DNA of 64,000 bases from Octopus vulgaris (Eukaryota): the NCBI GenBank assembly GCA_951406725.2, contig OX597822.1, positions 69,998,001 through 70,062,000 on the forward strand. Direction: 5' to 3'. Under the pieces are notes generated by a model. It was not told the DNA's origin. It saw only the letters and a program-made list of their open reading frames with translations, and made no database searches. A program made the translations under genes and the position numbers. This document shows, piece after piece, positions 1 through 13,073 of this stretch (its first letter is position 1; each line of letters opens with the position of its first letter).

Positions 1-329
1 GCATAACTGATATTTATTTAATCAACCCTGAAAGGATGAAAAGGCAAGTCGACCTTGGTGGAATTTGAACGCAGAATGTAAAGATGGACAAAATACCTAT
101 TTCTTTACTACCCACAAGGTGCTAAACACAGAGAGGACAAGCAAGAACAGACAAACAGATTAAGTCGATTATATCAACCCCAGTGCGTAACTGGTACTTA
201 TTTAATCGACCCCGAAAAGATGAAAGGCAAAGTCGACCTCGGCGGAATTTGAACTCAGAACGTAACGACAGACGAAATACCGCTAAGCATTTCGCCCAGC
301 GTGCTAACGTTTCTGACAGCTCACCGCTT
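1..329 (-). mobile_element. tRNA-derived SINE family A (Nin/Deu-like central domain), copy with internal duplication, cut by window edge
   Basis: Reverse strand reads GGCGGTGAGCTGTCAGAAACGTTAGCACG...GAGTTCAAATTCCGCCGAGGTCGACTTTGCCTTTCATC..TTCGGGGTCGATTAAATAAGTACCAG. Other copies at about 1345-1565, 5290-5455, 11635-11848, 11907-12115, 12193-12355, 13430-13605, 14325-14487, 29380-29595, 46915-47142, 57325-57545 and 57560-57715. Confidence 0.85.
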
Positions 330-1718
330 TAAAGAAATATTTCTTGCTGCTTCCATTGCTGAAACATGAAACATCCCTTTTGAATTCATACTGCATGCAA
401 TGTCTGATATGGGTCTGATTTAAACTCATTTTAAAAGAGTAACATAGATATGAATTTAACCATTGTAGTATAAAATAATTTGTAAAGGAAGTAAAAAAAA
501 AAAAACAGCATTAGAATGTGTGTGCTTGTGTGTGTGTGTGTGTGTGTGTATGTGTTATATCCTTTTTCACTCTGGTTCCAGTTCAATGTTGCATACCCAT
601 TTTCCTTCTCAACAACAACTAAAAAATTGTTATCTGGTCTTTGAGAGATTATAATCTTGTTCCTTTCAAACCACTCTCAAACTCTACTCCTTCCACCACT
701 GTTACTGCTGCTGCCACCACCTCCACCCCTGCCACCACCTCCACCGCTGCCACCACCACCACCATTACCTATGTGATTTATCTCAACTTCTGCACCCACC
801 TCTTTATTCCTTTAGTTTAATGACCTATTGAATTATTGAGATGAAGGTGGAGGAAGGTGATGGCACTGGTGCCGACAGAGGCAGCAGCTGCAGCAGTGGC
901 TGCCTTATGGGTTTGAAGTGTTTCAATGACAGTAAACCTGAAGTGGAGAAGAATTGGTATTTCAGATATTTGAAGGATAGTAGCAACATGGATTAGAACG
1001 GTTATAGAAGGGAAGAATGTTTTCGAATTAATAAAACAAAAATTAGCTGTCTTTTATTCAAGAAGGAAGTGAACCACACAAAATGGTGTGGTACATTCAT
1101 GTATATTACTTTATTAGCAATTAGGAAATGAACAGTGGTTTCACAGCAGCAGAAACTGTATCTGGTTACATCTCATTTACCTTTAAAGTTCAAATTATGA
1201 TGGGATTGACTTTCCTTTCAGCCAGCTGTGATAGAAGCAGGGACTTATTTAATAAGTGCCTAGAAATTTGATGAAGTGCTAGTTAGAAGAACTGTCACAC
1301 CCAACAACCACACAGACATTTCTGCAACAGATTTATATGAGAAAATATTGGTTTCAAATTTTGGTACAAGCACAGCAATTTCTTGGGAAAGCCTTAAGTT
1401 GATTACATTGACCCCAGTGCTCAGCTGGTACTTATTTTATCCACACCGAAAGGATGAAAGGCAAAATCGACCCAGGTGGAATTTGAACTCAAAACCTAAA
1501 GATGGATGAAATGCTGCTAAGCATTTTCACCTGGCATGCTAACAATTCTTTCAGTTTCCCACCTTAAATTAAAAAAAAATATTGTTAGTCACCATATTTA
1601 TCAATCTCCTGTCTTTCTTTCATGATAATATGTTGATATATACTGGCACAGCCCATCATCATCATCATCATCACCATCACCATCATCACCATATCATCAC
1701 CACCACCACCACCACCAC

Positions 1719-2130
<412 letters not shown>

Positions 2131-2905
2131 CTTCATCATCATCATTTTAATAACAACAACAACGATAACAATAACAATAATAATAATAAGTGTACTAGAA
2201 ATATCATCAGGTCAAAACATTTAACTTTAATTTTCCTCCCTCATACAAAATTGACTTCATCCTAGATAAAAGGAACTGTTATTATAATAATCTGCTAGAA
2301 TATGGTAGGTAGGTAAATTGAAAGAGTGCCAGACAAAGCACTTAGCAGTATTTAGTTACTACTAATTCCGTACATTTTTAGTTCAAATCATTCTGGAGCT
2401 GACTTTGTCTTTCATCCACTTGGGACAAAATAAGTATCAATCTTGTGCTGGAGTCAAATATATGTAAATGCACACTTGACTTAAATTTGTAGCACTGGGA
2501 CTATCCTAGATATTGTTGTTGTTATTAAGCAAAAATTGATAAAGTGTTGGTGAAAATTCCTTGCTGGTATTTAAGGTCCTTCATGTTCTGAGTTCAAATC
2601 TTCCCTCGGATTTCATCTTTCCAGTACTATAATCAAGAATAATTGTTTAATTAGATTATCCTTTGGTAATTATTAGAGTATAAGGTAATTAAAAGAGAAA
2701 AGGTGTAGCTTTGAATAATAGCAATATCAATTTCAAAGACAAAGTATCCACTTTGAATAATAATAAGTGGAGCAATTGATGTTATTAAGATGGAGATCTT
2801 GATCAAAGACAAGGATAGAAAGTCACCAATTAAATTTAGACTAATATGTCCGGCTAATATTTGCTAATATTTGCTGTGATTTAAAATGCAAGGGTATGAG
2901 GTTAG

Positions 2906-3122
2906 CCTTTTAACATTCAGATTACTCTGTCGAATGTGTTGCTTATTCATTCACATTATGTTGTATTTATCCTGCATTATCTCACAGCTTCAAAACCTCT
3001 ATGATGTGATTGTTTATATTTAGAACGACATTGTCAGGTAGGTGTGAGAGGCTGGATCTGGTCAGTTTGAACCTAAAACAGGTAAAATATTTGGACCAGA
3101 TACAGCCTGTTTAAATGCTAAT
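2906..3122 (+). mobile_element. piggyBac-like MITE (family 2), degenerate ends
   Basis: Homologous to the TTAA-flanked copies at 54373-54592 and 59443-59664. Confidence 0.65.
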
Positions 3123-3486
3123 ATAAAACAGAATAACTATTTATATTAGAATATTTATTGGTAATTACCAAGGTATAAAGGTAATTAAAAGAGAAAAGAT
3201 ATAGGTTTGAATAATATCAATACCAATTTCAAAGATATGATATCCAATTTGAATAATTAGAACCATTGATGTTATTAAGATGGAGATATTGATCAAAGAG
3301 AACAATGGAAAGTCACCAATTAACGTTAGACTTAATATCCAGCAATATCATTTTCTGTAATTCAAAATGGAAGAGTATGAGATTAAACTCAGATTCTTAT
3401 GCATTCAATGAAGGGGAGAAAGGATTGATAAAATGAAGTGTCAATCAGGTACTTGGATTAATTTCATCAACAACATACTTTCCCTC

Positions 3487-3544
<58 letters not shown>

Positions 3545-3696
3545 CGTAAATGGATGAATGAATTATCCTTTGTATACCATTAACATGGAAAATTCAATAA
3601 ACAGTTACCAGAGTATTCCTTTGGAATAAAACCAATGTTGTCTTCGAACCATATGTCGAAAGTAAAAGAATTTGAATAACATCTGCATTCAACTCC

Positions 3697-3783
<87 letters not shown>

Positions 3784-3931
3784 TATACATACACAGACAT
3801 GCAGGAAGTAAATAGACACCTTTAATTTTCATAACTTCTGATCTAAGCGTCTTAATATGTTTTCAGCAGTGTAAAATTTACAATGTAATTATTCTTTTTC
3901 ATTCCAGGTGCCATTATATTAAACATTTGTG

Positions 3932-4278
3932 AAGCCACGCACAAAAAATTCAGCACAACTGTCAGATTTTCAAAGGGGTCGTATTGTTGGGCAATCTGAG
4001 CCTGGTCTTAGCCAGTGAAAAATTGCCGAAAATCTTCAAATTTCTCTTGTACAGTTAATAGATTTATAGTGCAATTCAAAAGCCAACAGATTCTCGTCCT
4101 GGCCAACCTGGGCCCTCAGAAAGGAAGCTTCACTGGTTGAAGAACTGTGGAAAACGAACCCTGTTTGAAGGCTTCTGACATTGCAAAACAGCTAGAAGTT
4201 AGTCCAAGAATGTGTGTTACATATCTGGATAAGCTTGGGTATTATGGATGAGCAGCGAGAAGAAAACCTCTCCTTTAA
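3932..4278 (+). pseudogene. Tc1-like transposase N-terminal HTH fragment, with stops and frameshifts
   Basis: Translation [46 protein letters not shown]...KASDIAKQLEVSPRMCVTYLDKLGYYG*AARRKPLL is typical of the Tc1 DNA-binding region. Confidence 0.8.
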
Positions 4279-4317
4279 CCTGAGAAAAAAAATACACACA
4301 CACACACACACATATAA

Positions 4318-4655
4318 GGTAAAGACTCCCTTCGGTCATAAATGATCATGGGATTGCACCTAGAAAATTCCCATCTGAGGCACAAGTCCAGGCAAGGTTG
4401 TTTATGGAAGACCAGTAGTCATCCATGCATACCAACTTTCTCTCTCCATGCCACTGATGTTGCACAAGGGAAAGGCAAAGGCTGATACAGTTTGGCACCA
4501 GTGATGTCACAACTCATTTCTACAGCTGAGTGAACTGGAGCAATGTGAAATAAAGTGTCTTGCTCAAGAACACAACACACAGCCCGGTCTGGGAATCAAA
4601 CTCGTTATCTCATGGTTGTGAGCCTGACATTCTAACCACTGACAGATGTGCCTCC
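4318..4655 (-). mobile_element. tRNA-derived SINE family C (Meta/V-SINE-like domain)
   Basis: Reverse complement of the copy at 31602-31938; shares GTGTTCTTGAGCAAGACACTTTATTTCAC...CACTCAGCTGTAGAAATGAG. Confidence 0.8.
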
Positions 4656-5073
4656 ACACACACACGAATATGTGTATATGTTTTTGTGCCTCTGTTTGTT
4701 GCCTTCCTCACCTCCAGCTGACAACTAGTGCTGATTTGTTTATGGGCCTGTAACATAGTGGTTCAGCAAAAGAGATAGGGTCAATTTGTCTGACAAAACC
4801 CTTCAGGGCAGTGCTTCAGCATCGCCACTGTTCAATGACAGAAACAAGCTTAAAATATATATATATATCCCATCATGCTCTGATTTACCTTCCATCGTCT
4901 GGCATTGATGAAGTAGGTACCAGTAATATAATGAGGTTAAGTCAACCGGCTAATCTTGCCTTCTGCTTAAATTTATGATTTCACAGAGTTGGATTAATTA
5001 ATACAAATGTTATAAAATGGTCTTAAGTGGCTTTAGTCCTTACCATTTTTTCATTGTGTCAAGCCATAAAATA

Positions 5074-5280
5074 TCTTTTCTACAATAGGCACAAAGCCTG
5101 GAACTTGGGGGTGGGGTAGTTGATTAGATCGACCCCAGTATGCAACTGGTATTATTTATCAACCCTGAAAGGATGAAAGGCAAAGTCGACCTCGGCGGAA
5201 TTTGAACTCAGAATGTAAAGATAGACGTAATACCGCTAAGCATTTCGCCAGCATGCAAACGTTTCTGCCAGCTCGCCGCC
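5074..5280 (-). mobile_element. SINE family A, near full-length copy
   Basis: On the - strand: head GGCGGCGAGCTGGCAGAAACG, B-box-like GAGTTCAAATTCC, central GCCTTTCATCCTTTC domain, tail TTGTGCCTATTGTAGAAAAGA. Confidence 0.85.
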
Positions 5281-5902
5281 ATAAACAATAATCCTTTCTA
5301 CTATAGGCACAAGGCTAGAAACTTTTGGGGAGGGGTTAAGTTGATTACATCAACGCCAGTACTCAACTAGTACTTACTTTATTGACCCTGAAAGGCTGAA
5401 AGGCAAAGCCAGACTTGGCAGAATTTGAACTCAGAATGTAAAGACGGACAAAAAGCTGCACCAGAAGTGTCTAAAGAATTTCAAGAGAATGTAATTCTAG
5501 TTTTTGAACCATTTCTGTTTACCAAACCAGCATCTTATTCTTCCTCACCATTCTATCTACTCAGATATCTTTTATCTTTTTTTTTTTATCTTTTACAAGT
5601 TGCAGTCATTAGATTGCTGGGTCACTGTCTTGAAAGGTTTAACTTGGTTGATTACAAAAGGGTTGTTACCTTCAAGTTCATCTCTTCTTTCATTCCTCGC
5701 TGAAGGAAGTCATTGTGATTTGGTCCCTCTTGGCCTACTGCAACTAATTATTAGAAGAGAGAGAGAGAGAGAGTGGGGAGAGAGTGAGAGCAGGTGAGAA
5801 ATCCTAGAAAGACTGGACGATTGTGGTTGAAATGCCTTTGATCATAGATCTGCTGAGTCAGGTGTGACCTAGGGCTAAGCAATGACAGCAATAGCAAATA
5901 TA

Positions 5903-6172
<270 letters not shown>

Positions 6173-6387
6173 AATACTGCTTAATATAACCTGCTTTGTT
6201 TTTCTGTAATTCTGCCCATTACTGACTGTGTTCTGCCTCCTAACTCTTGTTCCAAGCACTTTGCAAATGAGACGATGTGAAGTGGGTTCCAGCTGAGGGA
6301 GTGAAACTGGGCTGCTGTGTCATTGACGATAGACAATGCCATCACAACTACAAGGATGGCACTGGAATGGTGGCGCCCGCAGCTGCA

Positions 6388-6852
6388 ATGATGTTGATGA
6401 TGATCACTACTGCATTGTTGTTGTTGTTTTTGGTGGTGGTAATGGTGCTGGTTGTAGTGGCGGTGGTGGTGGTAAAGATAGTGGTGATAGTGGTGGTGGA
6501 GGTGGTAATGGTAGTAGTGGTGGTGGTGGTGGTAGTGGTGGTTGTAGTGGTGGTGGAGGTGGTAACTGTGTTAGTGGTAGTGGTAATGGTAGTGATGGTG
6601 GTAATGGAGGTGGTAATGGAAGTAGTGGTAGTAGTGGTGGTGCTAATGTTAGTAGCGGTAGTAGTAGTGGTGGTAATGGTAGTGGTGGTGGCCATTGTGA
6701 TGGTGATATTTATGGTGATGATGATGATAATGATTATGATATCAATGATAATAATGATCTTGGTGGTGGGTATGATGATGATGATGATTATGGTGTTGTT
6801 GTAGTTGTTATTGTTGCTGTTGTTGTTGGTGGTGGTAATGGTGATGATGATT
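6388..6852. repeat. degenerate GGT/AGT/GAT low-complexity tract
   Basis: Seen directly. Confidence 0.9.
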
Positions 6853-7100
6853 GTAAACATGAAAGGATATCTGCATAATTTACAATATTCTACAATGACA
6901 AGAAATTGCCTGTGTGGAACTTTAAAATAATTATATAATTAGGAGCAGGCATGGCTGTGTGGTAAGTAGCTTGCTTCCCAACCACATGGTTCTGGGTTCA
7001 GTGCCTCTGCATGGCACCTTGGGGCAAGTGTCTTCTACTATTGCCTCAGGCCGAGCAAAGCCTTGTGAGTGGATTTGGTAGATGTAAACTAAAAGAAGCC

Positions 7101-7171
<71 letters not shown>

Positions 7172-7998
7172 TCTCTATAAAACTGAAATGCACTTTTACC
7201 GCTTGGTTCGCTTTCAATGCCACTACATCTCGTCCGATTCGCTCCAAAATTTACAGGGACATGTAGAATGAGGTGACGATGCGCGTGGGCTACCTTACAA
7301 ATCCCTATCTTAAAAGGTGTGGTTGCTAGGGGCCATCTTCCTACCTCACCCTATTTCCTCCAGTACTCTGTCACTCCTCTTCATTTGACAATGCAACTAC
7401 CGTTATTTAATGTAAAGTCTTCCTCAAATCAATCTGTCGCTATTTACTCTCTTCCAAGAACATTTTCACTCACTCTATCTCTTACCTTCCTATACATTTT
7501 ACTCATGTATCTATCAGCGTTCATGGACAGTAACAAATATTACATAGCCATCCCCATCGCCATCACATTCTATTGTCTACCTGTCAACACACACATACAC
7601 ACACACACACACACACATATACATATATCTAATATTATATTTTTATTTTTATGTTTTCGTTTTTGGTTTTTTACTGTTTCATTTCCCTATTAGTGGTTTT
7701 ATCTCTAATTTAATTTCTACAGCGTGCACACACACACACACACACACACCTATATGTGGCCCCAGTACACCCGAATGAAATCGGGTTCTCTTCATCAAAA
7801 TGTGAAAAGAGGTCTACAATTATCATCGCCACAACTTATGTATGTCTTCCTCACTCACTCACTCTTTTTCCTAATGATAATTATCATCGCCACCACCACC
7901 ACCACCAACACACAATCTGGACAATCTTTCTCTTATAACAAATCATGTTTACATTGCAACGACATCTGCCACCTCCGCCGTCTCTATTTATTCTGCAA

Positions 7999-8194
7999 AT
8001 GACCAGAACTCGGGAAACTTGGTTTAGTGTTCTATGGTCTATGACCAGAATTCGGGAAACTTAGTTGAGTGTTCTATGGTCTATGACCAGAACTCGGGAA
8101 ACTTGCTTGACTGTTCTATGGTCTATGACCAGAAATCGGGAAACTTGGTTGAGTGTTCTATGGTCTATGACCAGAACTTGGGAAACTTGGTTGT
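7999..8194 (+). repeat. 42-bp tandem minisatellite, ~4.6 units
   Basis: Unit ATGACCAGAACTCGGGAAACTTGGTTGAGTGTTCTATGGTCT, head-to-tail with no spacers. Confidence 0.95.
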
Positions 8195-8882
8195 GTCCTC
8201 ATCTTATAAAATGTGGCCCCAGTAGACCCAAATTAAATCGGGTTATATTAACCAAAAGGTGAAAAGGGGTATAAATGGGGCTGGAAGGGGATTAAAATTT
8301 AAAGGAGCGGGTGTTTAGCAATTCTCTGTTACATCAAGCTAAAAAATTTGCTCCAGCCTTTTAATCGTCAATGTGTTGCCGTCCATGATGAAGAAGTTTT
8401 CAATGCTTGCCATCGTGAGTCTACTGTCGTGAGAAAGAATCAAGTCAAAACTTGGTTTTAGGGATTTTCTTTTACATCAAGTTCAAACTTTTACGCCAGC
8501 CGTTGAACTGTCAATACGTTGCTGTCCGTCGTTAAGAAATGCCAGCCATGGTGACTCTACTATCCTCAAATTCTATCCCTTCAAACTTTGGTTTCCAATA
8601 TTTTATTATTTTTATTCAGCTCGCAAGTTCGTCTGTCCCTTTTAAATGTTAGTGTTTTGCTGTCTGTCTTCAAGCAGACCTTTCCTTTGTAACTGCCTGA
8701 TATTTATGATTGATCTTTCTAAATATTTTATTTCTCAACTTACTCAAGATCTTCTGTTGTTTATAAATGGGAGAGAGATACATAAAGATAGAGAGTAAGA
8801 GAAAGCGAGGGAGAGTCCGAGAGAAAGGAAGAGTAAGAGAGTGGGAAAGTGAGAGAGAAAGGAGAAAGAAACAAAGAGGGAG

Positions 8883-8884
<2 letters not shown>

Positions 8885-8913
<29 letters not shown>

Positions 8914-9205
8914 TTTTAACGTCCGTTTTCTGTGCTAGCACAGGTTGGACAGTTTGACAGGGGTCTGGGAAGCCAGGAGGCTGCACCAGGCTCCAGTCTG
9001 ATCTGGCAGTGTTTCGACAGGTGGATGCCCTTCCTAACGCCAACCACTCTGTGAGCGTAGTGGGTGCTTTTTTCGTGCCGCCTGCACAGGTGCCAGTGGG
9101 GCTGGCAGCGGCCACGATCTGTTGGTGCTTTTTACGTGCCACCAGCACAGAAGCCAGTCAAGGCGGCGCTGCAATCCGCCACGTTCGGATGGTGCTTTTT
9201 ACGTG
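8885..9205 (-). mobile_element. RTE-clade LINE 3' UTR fragment (family D)
   Basis: Reverse complement of GGTTGGCGTTAGGAAGGGCATCC...GTCCAACC..TGCTAGCA...GGACGTTAAA(GAT)n. Other copies at 18405-18720, 19000-19180, 44503-44812, 45495-45775, 50896-51555 and 52140-52375. Confidence 0.75.
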
Positions 9206-9273
9206 CTGAAAGGAAGCAACAGAAAGTAACAACCACACTCTTACCCGCGCGTAGAGCGGGTCACCTTCAGCTA

Positions 9274-9334
<61 letters not shown>

Positions 9335-9687
9335 ACTCCAAGAAAGTTAGAGGTTGTGAATCCAACCCACTAAGGGATAATATCTATCCCATATACTGCT
9401 GGTAGAATACCCAATTAGTAATACACAAGTGTTTTTTATTGCATTGCAATTACATTACCTAGTGTACTAAATGGGTGAAGGTAAAAAGATATTTTACCAT
9501 TAATTTATATAGCAATAAGAAAATGGAGAAGATCAATAGGTGGTTCATCAACTTTTAGACGTTATATTATGTTAACTTATTTATTTATTTACTAAACTGA
9601 TATTAGTTTAGTAAATAAATAAATAAGTTAACATAATATAATCTCTAAAAGTTGATGAACCACCTATTGATCTCCATTTTCTTATTG

Positions 9688-9694
<7 letters not shown>
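9335..9694. mobile_element. PLE-type terminal fragment with ~95-bp foldback, inside (TA)n
   Basis: Arms 9506-9600 and 9603-9694 are near-perfect inverted repeats. The unpaired left extension is homologous to 9770-9960. Confidence 0.6.
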
Positions 9695-9754
<60 letters not shown>

Positions 9755-10184
9755 TATATACATACAAATTGAGATAGGGGTTGTAAATGCAACCCTCCAT
9801 GGGATAACATATATCCAATATACTGCTAGTGAAGTACCCAACAAAGTTAATACATAAATGTTAAGGATTGCGATGCAATCAATTCATTTACTGTATTATA
9901 TGGGCAAAGGTAAAATGATTTACCACAAATTACTAATACAAGATAAGAAAATGGAGAAATACATCTAAATCAAATATCAATTACCAGATAATACTCAATC
10001 ACATACTTTATTAAACCACCACATAAGAGACTGTAGGGTTAAACATAAAAAAGCAGAACAAATCAGTGTACATAAAGGAATGTATATAAAAAGTGTACAT
10101 AAAAGAGTAATGTTGTATAATAAGTAGAATATATATAAAAAAAGAGAATATAAATATAAGTAAATATAAATATAAGTATAGATT

Positions 10185-10315
10185 ACATCTTACAGCTGTT
10201 TCGGCCATGTAGATAAGTATGTCTCATTTTACCAATATTAGCCTTTTATGGTAGGTCAATATATAGATATAAATGAGACATTTACAAAAATATCATAAGG
10301 CCTCTTCGGAGATAT
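10185..10315 (-). ncRNA. type I hammerhead ribozyme motif (U4C variant, long stem II insert), - strand copy
   Basis: Reverse complement of 10384-10514. Confidence 0.6.
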
Positions 10316-10383
10316 ACATATACATATGAGTGCATATTTTTATATGTATAGGAGTGTGAGTATATGCACTCATATGTATATGT

Positions 10384-10514
10384 ATATCTCCGAAGAGGCC
10401 TTATGATATTTTTGTAAATGTCTCATTTATATCTATATATTGACCTACCATAAAAGGCTAATATTGGTAAAATGAGACATACTTATCTACATGGCCGAAA
10501 CAGCTGTAAGATGT
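10384..10514 (+). ncRNA. type I hammerhead ribozyme motif (U4C variant, long stem II insert)
   Basis: AUAUCU-CCGAAGA-GGCC-[~92 nt containing an inner hairpin]-GGCC-GAAA-CAGCUG-UA-AGAUGU. Predicted cleavage after 10508. Confidence 0.6.
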
Positions 10515-10760
10515 AATCTATACTTATATTTATATTTACTTATTTGTATATTCTCTTTTTTATATATATTCTACTTATTTTACAACATTACTCTTTTATG
10601 TACACTTTTTTATGTACATTCCTTTATGTACACTGATTTGTTCTGCTTTTTTATGTTTAACCCTACAGTCTCTTATGTGGTGGTTTAATAAGGTATGTGA
10701 TTGAGTATTATCTGGTAATTGATATTTGATTTAGATGTATTTCTCCATTTACTTATCTTG

Positions 10761-10806
<46 letters not shown>

Positions 10807-11476
10807 TGTATGTATGTATGTATGTATGTATGTATGTATGTATGTATGTATGTATTTATGTGTGTTTGTGTCTGTTTGTTCTCACCATCATCGCTTGACA
10901 ACTGATGCTGGTGTGCTTGCATTCCCGTAACTTAGCAGTCCTGCAGAAGAGACCGATAGAATAAGCACCGGTCTTACAAAGAGGGGTGATTTCTTCGACT
11001 AAAAGGCAGTGCTCCAGCATGGCAACAGTAAAATGACTGAAACGAGTAAAAGAATAAATGAATAAAATCAACAAGAAAGTTTTTGAACCGAAAATATAAA
11101 AAAACACCCCCAAAAAAACAGATAAAAAAACAAAATAAAAGAGAAAATAACAAGCAAACAAACAAACATACAGCAGCTTCCTCTCGGAGTTGTATTTATG
11201 GTTGAAGTATAGATTTTTACAGTGTTACGTTTTCAAGGTCAACTGAGTTGAGAAAAATTGATGTCAACTTTACAAAGCAGTAGAAAAGTAACTAACTAGG
11301 ACAGCTAAACATAACTCATTAAGTGACTAACTTGTTGTTGTTGTTGTTGCTGTTCATGAGGACGATGACAATGATGATGATGATGATGGCGTGGAAGAGC
11401 TTGGTGGAGCAAAAATGGAATTTATGTAAATATCGGTTAATTCTTAAAATTTTGAGCATGAGCTATTTTCAATAGT

Positions 11477-11564
<88 letters not shown>

Positions 11565-11846
11565 TATTATTATTGTTATTATGATCATTATTGTTATTAT
11601 TATCATTATTGTTATTATTGTTATTATTATAATAATCCTTTGTGCTAAAGTCAAAAGGCTTGGAATTTCGGGGGAGGTGACCAGTCGATTACATCGACCC
11701 CAGGGTTTCATGGGTACTTAATCTATTGACCCCGAAAAGATGAAAGGCAAAGTGAACACCAGGTTGAATTTGAACTCAGAATATGAAGATGGACGAAATA
11801 CCTCAAAGCATTTCACTCGTGCTAATGACTCTGCCAGCTTGCTGCC

Positions 11847-11908
<62 letters not shown>

Positions 11909-12162
11909 CCTTTCTACTATAGGCAAATGGACTGAAATTTTGATGGAGGTGGCTACTCGATAGGATCAACCCTAATAAACAATTGGTACTCAATTTATTG
12001 ACCCTGAAAAGGTGAAAGGTAATGTCAACCTTGGTAGAATATGAACTCAGAATGTAAAGACAAAGGAAATGCTGCTAAGCATTTTGCCTGGTGTACTAAC
12101 GATTCTGCCACCTTAAATTAATAATGATAATAATTATAATAATGATGATGATGATGATGATG

Positions 12163-12194
<32 letters not shown>

Positions 12195-12368
12195 CCTTTC
12201 TACAATAGGCACAAGGCCTGAAATTTCGGGAGAGGGGTTAAGTTGATTACATTCACCCCAGTACTCAACTGGTACTTAATTTATCAACCCCAAAAGGAGG
12301 AAAGGTAAAGCTGACCTCGGTGGAATTTGAACTCAGAACGTAGTGACGAGTGAAATATAATAATAATG

Positions 12369-12426
<58 letters not shown>

Positions 12427-12434
12427 ATACCCTG

Positions 12435-13001
12435 ATGTAATAAAATACCCTGATGCAGTATCATGGAGTGGCTCTCATGGCTTCTGATTTTAACTGATTG
12501 GAAGTGTTATCATGTACATTGTTTTGTCTTGGTATAAAAGATGGGCTACAGCAAATATTCTGCTTAATACCACAGATTTGCTTGTCAGTTGCTTGACCGT
12601 TACCAGTTGAGCATATACCTTAGTAGCTGACGATATGTGCATCTCTGATCACGAGCAGAAGTAGTGGGGGAGCATCATAACTATGCATTGAGAGGAATTC
12701 TTTGGGGTTTGGATAATTCACCTTAGGAAACATGGGTGTTTTGTGCATTATCTTTAAACAAACCTTATTCAGGAACCTTTTGAGCAGGATGGACTACTCA
12801 ACCTGAAGAAAATTCTAACTGGGCCTCACCTGCAAGATCATGCACTGTTTATCTTGATATGAGATCACCATGTTGCACACATATGGTTGTGATGCATGTG
12901 CCTGGTGTACCCTTATCAGATGGGTGACCATGACAGGTATATTGGGCTTCATATATTTGTAGCCCAGTATCACTTTGATGGCATACACTGCTCTCTCACT
13001 C
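12435..13001 (+). mobile_element. unclassified ~570-bp interspersed element flanked by (TAA)n
   Basis: Complex-sequence block between two (TAA)n tracts with no recognisable ORF. Probably a retroelement 3' region (inference). Confidence 0.45.
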
Positions 13002-13041
<40 letters not shown>

Positions 13042-13042
13042 T

Positions 13043-13073
<31 letters not shown>

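Larger units (their letters stand above)
7169..9274 (+). mobile_element. non-autonomous Helitron (~2.1 kb) with internal repeats and a nested RTE 3' fragment
   Basis: Starts A|TC at 7169 after (TA)n. Subterminal hairpin ACCCGCGCGTAGAGCGGGT (9243-9261) is followed by CTAG|T at 9271-9275. Linking these two ends into one element is inferred. Confidence 0.65.
9770..10762. mobile_element. PLE-type terminal fragment with ~400-bp inverted repeat carrying hammerhead motifs
   Basis: Arms 9937-10337 and 10362-10762, with a 24-nt loop. The ORF track gives the same N-terminal peptide on both strands. Confidence 0.7.

Noticed and set aside
7999-8194. CRISPR-like array
   Set aside because: Units are contiguous with no unique spacers, there are no cas genes, and the context is eukaryotic.
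10011-10688. Divergent pair of 65-aa paralogous genes (MAETAVRCN...)
   Set aside because: Produced by the inverted repeat; the start overlaps the hammerhead GAAAC motif and the frames diverge at an indel.
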